This document shows, piece by piece, positions 58,921 to 64,000 of a stretch of 64,000 nt of DNA. A program made the position numbers and the translations under genes. Each line of letters starts with the position of its first letter. Position 1 is the stretch's first letter. A model generated the notes under the pieces. It made no database searches and was not told the DNA's origin. It saw nothing but the letters and a program-made list of their open reading frames with translations. Source of the DNA: Bugula neritina. Its lineage: Eukaryota; Animalia; Bryozoa. Where the stretch lies: contig CAXIUT010000097.1 of the NCBI GenBank assembly GCA_964035545.1, forward strand, positions 556,001-620,000. The letters run 5' to 3'.

Positions 58921-58941
58921 TACATCAGAGTCTAACATTCC

Positions 58942-60115
58942 ATTGCAGTATATTACAGTGTATAACATTGTATTGCAATTTATTACAGTATAATCCAGTA
59001 TATTACAGTGCATTAAGATGTGTTACATTAGGTTTCAGTATATTACAAAATATTACAGTATATTTCAGTGCTGTACACTGTATTACATAATATTACGGTG
59101 TATTGCACTTTCTTGCAGTGCATTGCAGTTTATTACAGTATAATACGGCATATCACAATATAAAACTGTGTTTTACTGTGTATAACATTGTATCACAGTT
59201 TGTTAAAGTATATTTCATTATATATTACAGTGTATTCAGGAATATCACAGTATATTGCAGTATCTTATGGTACATAACAATGTTTTACATTTTATTACAC
59301 TATACTTCAGTATATTTTCCTGTGTTACAGTAGGTTACAGTGTATTACAGTATTATATTACAGTGTATTACAGCATATGACACTTTATTACCAATTATTA
59401 CAGTGCATTCAAGTATATTACAGTGTTTTACAGTGTTTTATAGTATATAACAGTTTATTATATTCTATTACCGTGACTTTCAGTTTCTTACAGAATATTA
59501 CATGTTGATACACTTTCCTATAATGTATGACATGGTATTACACTGTATTAGAGTATAGCAAAAGTGTATTGCAGTATCTTTCATTATATTACAATGTATT
59601 ATAGTATGTTTTATTTTACTCTACAGTCTACAGTATCATACAGTATCTTACAGTGTTTTGACGATGTAGTGAAGTTTATTACAGTATGTTACAGTACATT
59701 ACAGTGTGTTACCCTGTGTTTCAGTATACTACAATGCATAACAGTGTATATTAGTTTAACACCATGTATTATGATATATTATTACGGTGTTTTGCACGAT
59801 ATTGCAGTGTGTTGCAGTGTATTACAGTATATTACAGCATGTCACAATTTAAAGTTGCGTATTACATTATGTTTCATCATGTTGCAGTGTATAACATTGT
59901 GTTACACTACTTTTCAGTATTTTACAGGGTTTTACAAAGTATTTCAGTAATTGCAGTGTCCTGCAATATATTACATATCATTACAGTATATTAAAGTATA
60001 TTACAGTTTATTACATTACATTACCATGTCTTACAGTTTCTTACAGAAGAACACAAAATATGACAGTCTCTGACAAGGTATTATATTCTAATACACGATA
60101 ATACAGTATTTTAAT
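58942..60115 (-). repeat. Degenerate satellite A, inverted arm
   Basis: TATTACAGTG / TATTTCAGTG remnants. Confidence 0.82.
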
Positions 60116-61589
60116 AATAGTTCAGGATGGTAAATTGCTCTTTTATGAGAGTTAGAAAAAAACAATGATCTTTTCATTAGACTCCTTATTTAAAATTTGT
60201 CCTTTGACTTTGCAGTGAACTAGCCTTATCAGCTTAAAATTGTATGATGTATGGAGCAGGTGTACTCAGCTGTGTCTCTGAGGAGTTGATCGATGAAACT
60301 TCCTGGTGCTTTGCTAAAATTCCTCAGGGCGGGCCTTTTTAGAATTTTTTAGTTTTTGTCTCACAGATGGTGGAGTTTGTTACTGTAGCGTTGCCACTAA
60401 CTATTTATAAATAAGTTGTACTGGTGTTGGTGTTAGTAACTTTATTTATGTTTATTCCAACTGCTGTACGAAACTGTAAAAGTAAGTTAATATATGCAAT
60501 TATATTATGTTTTTAAAATAAAACCAACAAAAAATCATTTACAAGGTTGTAAGGTATTTACGCATATATAAATTTTTGAATTATTCACCTCTTGTCTTCT
60601 TTTAGTCCTTAGCTGGAGTAATTTTGACTCTAGGAACTGATATTGTAGATCTACTTAAAAATGTTAAAGTTGATTTTAAAAATGACATCAAAAGATAACT
60701 GCCATAGACAAAATTAATTAATTATATCGGTTAAAACAAGTAATAGTGCATGTAACACACAAACAAAGATTAAACTTATATTCACAGTTGACCTAAATTA
60801 GTAGTTGCAGTAAAATATTGCTATGAGTAAAGGTAAAACTTTAAGCTACCAATTTGGGTTCTATCCTGTGACAATCTAATCAATAACTGGAGAGCCTGCC
60901 TATAGAATTCATAATTCTATGAGAAATCTAAATGATGCCATCTCTATTCCAGTCATGCCGTCAGTTGATACGGAAAATAATACGGATATCTAGATCAACC
61001 AATTAGGGGCGATCAGGCACTTATAAGCACCGCCTTCCAGCGCCCACAGCCAGTCTCGAACAGTACTAATAGCTATTGGGATAACTATATGTGGACACAT
61101 CATTTCTTGTATATTTTTCTCATTTATGTAACTTACTTTTATTTGTGTATTTTTTACCTAAAGACGAATAAGTAAATCTGTGTCTGATAATGATTTTCTT
61201 CACAATTTTTATTATAATAACTATTTTTAAAAAAATTAATGAGAAGCATGGGCGGGTTTGTCTGGACTCCGGAAGATAATATTTTAAATGTGTAGAATTG
61301 AGCTTTGCCAATAAATCTAAGTTAAACTATATATAAATAAGCAACTTGGTTTTTAAAACAATGCCATTAGTTAAAATGTATATTGTTATACTACCTAATA
61401 TAATGACTCTAGAGTCAATTTAGCTCAGTTATAGTTACAGAATAAATACTCTTAAGCTTTTTTATAATTTAAAATATATATGGTTATATCTAAGCCACCC
61501 ATTAGAAAAATGATCTTGAGCTGCCTTATTCAAAGATTTTAGGCATGTACTTTTTCATGTGTGCCATTTGTCACAAAAATAATAATTTC

Positions 61590-64000
61590 TTATCAGCAAA
61601 TAAAACAAGCTCAGTTTGAGACTGGTGCATTTTTGTGAGAAACATGGAGTAAAAAAATTTTAAAGAACGATATTATTATATAGTTGTTGCATACCAAAAT
61701 AAATTGGTTCAGCTACAATTTTTCAAACATGGTGGAATTCCTAAGAAAGCAGAGCTCAAATGCTTACAATTAGATCACGAGGAAGCAGATACACAAACTT
61801 TGTTACATGCAAAATATCTTATGAACATCATAAGCCCACGTGTAATAATCAAATCTCTAGACACTGATGTTTTCATCTTAAGTCTTGCTATTTGCAAAAC
61901 ATTACCTTCTTACCAATTATATTTTTTCACGGGTGTGGTAATCATGGTGTCATGCCAAATAGCGGCTAGGCTAAGTTTCCTACTTAGACGCTAGTTATTT
62001 ATTTTGGTAAAATGTATTTTCATGTGCAACTTATTTTAATATTATTGAAATATATGCATATTTATTAAACTTGGATCAACTGCTTGTTATTTAGCACGTA
62101 AATAAATTCCTTTGATTTACATTAACTTATTAATTATATATCTTGCCTGTTGTTTGAAAAGATGTTTTGTTAATAAGTAGGGGTAACGGGGGCACAACGG
62201 GCCGAATTTTGCATTTTTTTCTCTCATTCGTCTGTTTTCCAAGTTACTAGTTTAATAATCTCTAGTCTTAATGCTGCATATGTTGTCTATTACAGGTACC
62301 AGTTTGTTGTTTCTATCTCTCTCACAACTTTCAGAATAATGAAATTTTCATGACGAAAAAATCGGCCCATTGTGCCCCGGTACCGGGGTACAATGGGCCA
62401 CTGGGCGGGACACAACATATATATTGAAATTTTGCGTATTTTGTTACATCTGATCTTTATTTATTTAATATTACAAATAAATAGAGATACTCTTTCAAAT
62501 CTACAGCAAAATCCATGTTTTAGCTGTACAGTTTGTGCCACTACGGATAGCAGAGGAAGGCAAAATCAAATGCGCGTTACTCGGTTCTGCAGTGCTATAT
62601 ATTATCATTACTGTTTAGAACTAAAAATGTTTTGCTATTTTCACCTCAGAAAGAAATTTATCAAAAAAAAACTTTAGTAACATGTACTACAAAATTGCGA
62701 ATGGACTTTTTTTCTAAGAACTGTAGCTGAGGTGCATGGCTGAGGTTTGTAACTGGAGTACGCAAGGGAGAGGGGGAGCAAATGAGCTAATCACAATTTA
62801 TTTTAGTGAAATACATGTATATTTTCTCAACGGTGTAATATATAATGAATATTATGACTATCTACTAGTAGCAAGTAGCAACAGCAGAGTGTTTTGTATT
62901 ATGTATAAAATGACATACCTCACCAGATGTATATATTAGGGGAGCTTCAACTTGTAGTTTTTTAGTTTTACCATGATGTCTTTGATAGTTTACAAAAAGG
63001 TCAAAAATGACTATATCTATAAATTTTAGTAACATTTCAACCAACTTTTTTGGGCAAACAAACTAATAACAGTGATCAGGGTGCAATAATCAGGTGGCCC
63101 ATTGTGCCCCAGTCAGCGTGACCCATTGTGCCCCGTGTGGCCAAATTGAAAATAAATGTGCCTCAAGGAAATTTTATTTTAGACTTTGCTGTTAAACTAG
63201 TTAAGCAATGTAGAGACAAGCAATGGCAACAATATTAGTAAAATCTAGGCTTCTTGCCTTTGAGTGCATGGTAAAAGTTATAAAGCTCTATCGACATCCT
63301 AAAAAAATTACAAAAGGTGGGTAAAAACAGTTTTTTACTCGCCTTTTCAATACGTATGTTCCGCAAGTGTTGAAACTACAATGGCTGAATAATTATGTCA
63401 ATATCTTTTCATAAGAAATAAATCACTACTCTAAGTCAATAAGTTCTCTCACAATTCTGCCGGCTTTTTGTACCCCTATGACCGCTGTGCCCCCCCCCCC
63501 CTTACCCCCATTTCATTAAAGAAAGTGTCTATTATTAATGTATGGCTACTTTTTGTCCCACACAAATTCGTAATAATAATAGAATATTATTCTAGATAAT
63601 TCATGTTAGCAACTATAGCTATTAGCATATTAGCTATTTAGCAATCAATTCAACAGTTATATAGGTAATATTAATATATATAGTAACAAAATAAAAACAG
63701 CGCCTATCTGGAAGGAAACCATAATCATATTAGGTATTTGGATGCTAATATTGCAGCAAATAAATCCAGACTGCAGTTGTGTGCAACACTTACTAGATTT
63801 CATGCTAATTAACAGGTAGTTATTCGACTATAGTGCTTTTTATGGAAAAGGATAGCGCACAGCCTACTCTCTTTTGAAAAAATATCCATAGTGTATGGGA
63901 AGCTTTGAACACCTTGGGAAGTATTTTAAGCTGTAAGCTATTACAGCGGCTGAAGTAGAACAATTTGTCTATAAACTTTATATGGAGCAGGAAATTCAAA
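61590..64000 (+). pseudogene. Third Academ-type XPG-domain relic, in two pieces; runs off the right edge
   Basis: DHEEADTQTLLHAK..VIIKSLDTDVFIL..LYFFTG (about 61770-61935), then SAFYGKG*..FEHLG..VEQFVYKLYG (about 63832-64000). Confidence 0.7.
62180..63508. mobile_element. Non-autonomous TIR element (MITE-like, probably Tc1/mariner-pogo group)
   Basis: TIR GGGGTAACGGGGGCACAACGG / CCGCTGTGC(C)nTTACCCC; TA on the left and CA (decayed TA?) on the right; internal copies of CCCATTGTGCCCC. Confidence 0.7.

Noticed and set aside
55186-60870. Possible further CACAG element (CACAGTCAGTTAATG at 55186 ... CTATCCTGTG at 60861-60870)
   Set aside because: The ends are not complementary beyond 5 bp and the flanks (TA vs AC) give no TSD.

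Overview
This is AT-rich eukaryotic, animal-like repetitive DNA with no recognisable intact cellular gene. About 60% is a 10-bp-period satellite, here called satellite A (alternating TACTGAAATA / (T/C)ACTGCAACA decamers). It has kb-scale higher-order duplications on the left, decays toward the right and reverses orientation several times; a related 10/20-bp satellite B lies at about 37.2-41.2 kb. Embedded elements are: a decayed full-length Ty3/Gypsy (Mag-like) LTR retrotransposon (24517-29207), four non-autonomous CACAG...CTGTG DNA transposons of two families with 2-bp target duplications, three Academ-type (XPG-like/Cys-rich) relics, an RTE LINE 3' fragment, a BEL/Pao fragment, a solo LTR, a TA-flanked MITE, and mini- and microsatellites. 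Two of the Academ relics are independently nested in the two copies of one CACAG family. The hundreds of C/Y/S/V/Q/F-rich ORFs are artefacts of the satellite. The most notable observations are the paired Academ-in-CACAG nesting, two transposons inserted a few bp apart, fold-back satellite architecture, a tRNA-like cassette in the CACAG family, and an Asn-ladder heptad ORF at an inversion junction. All family assignments come from recalled motifs, not database searches.
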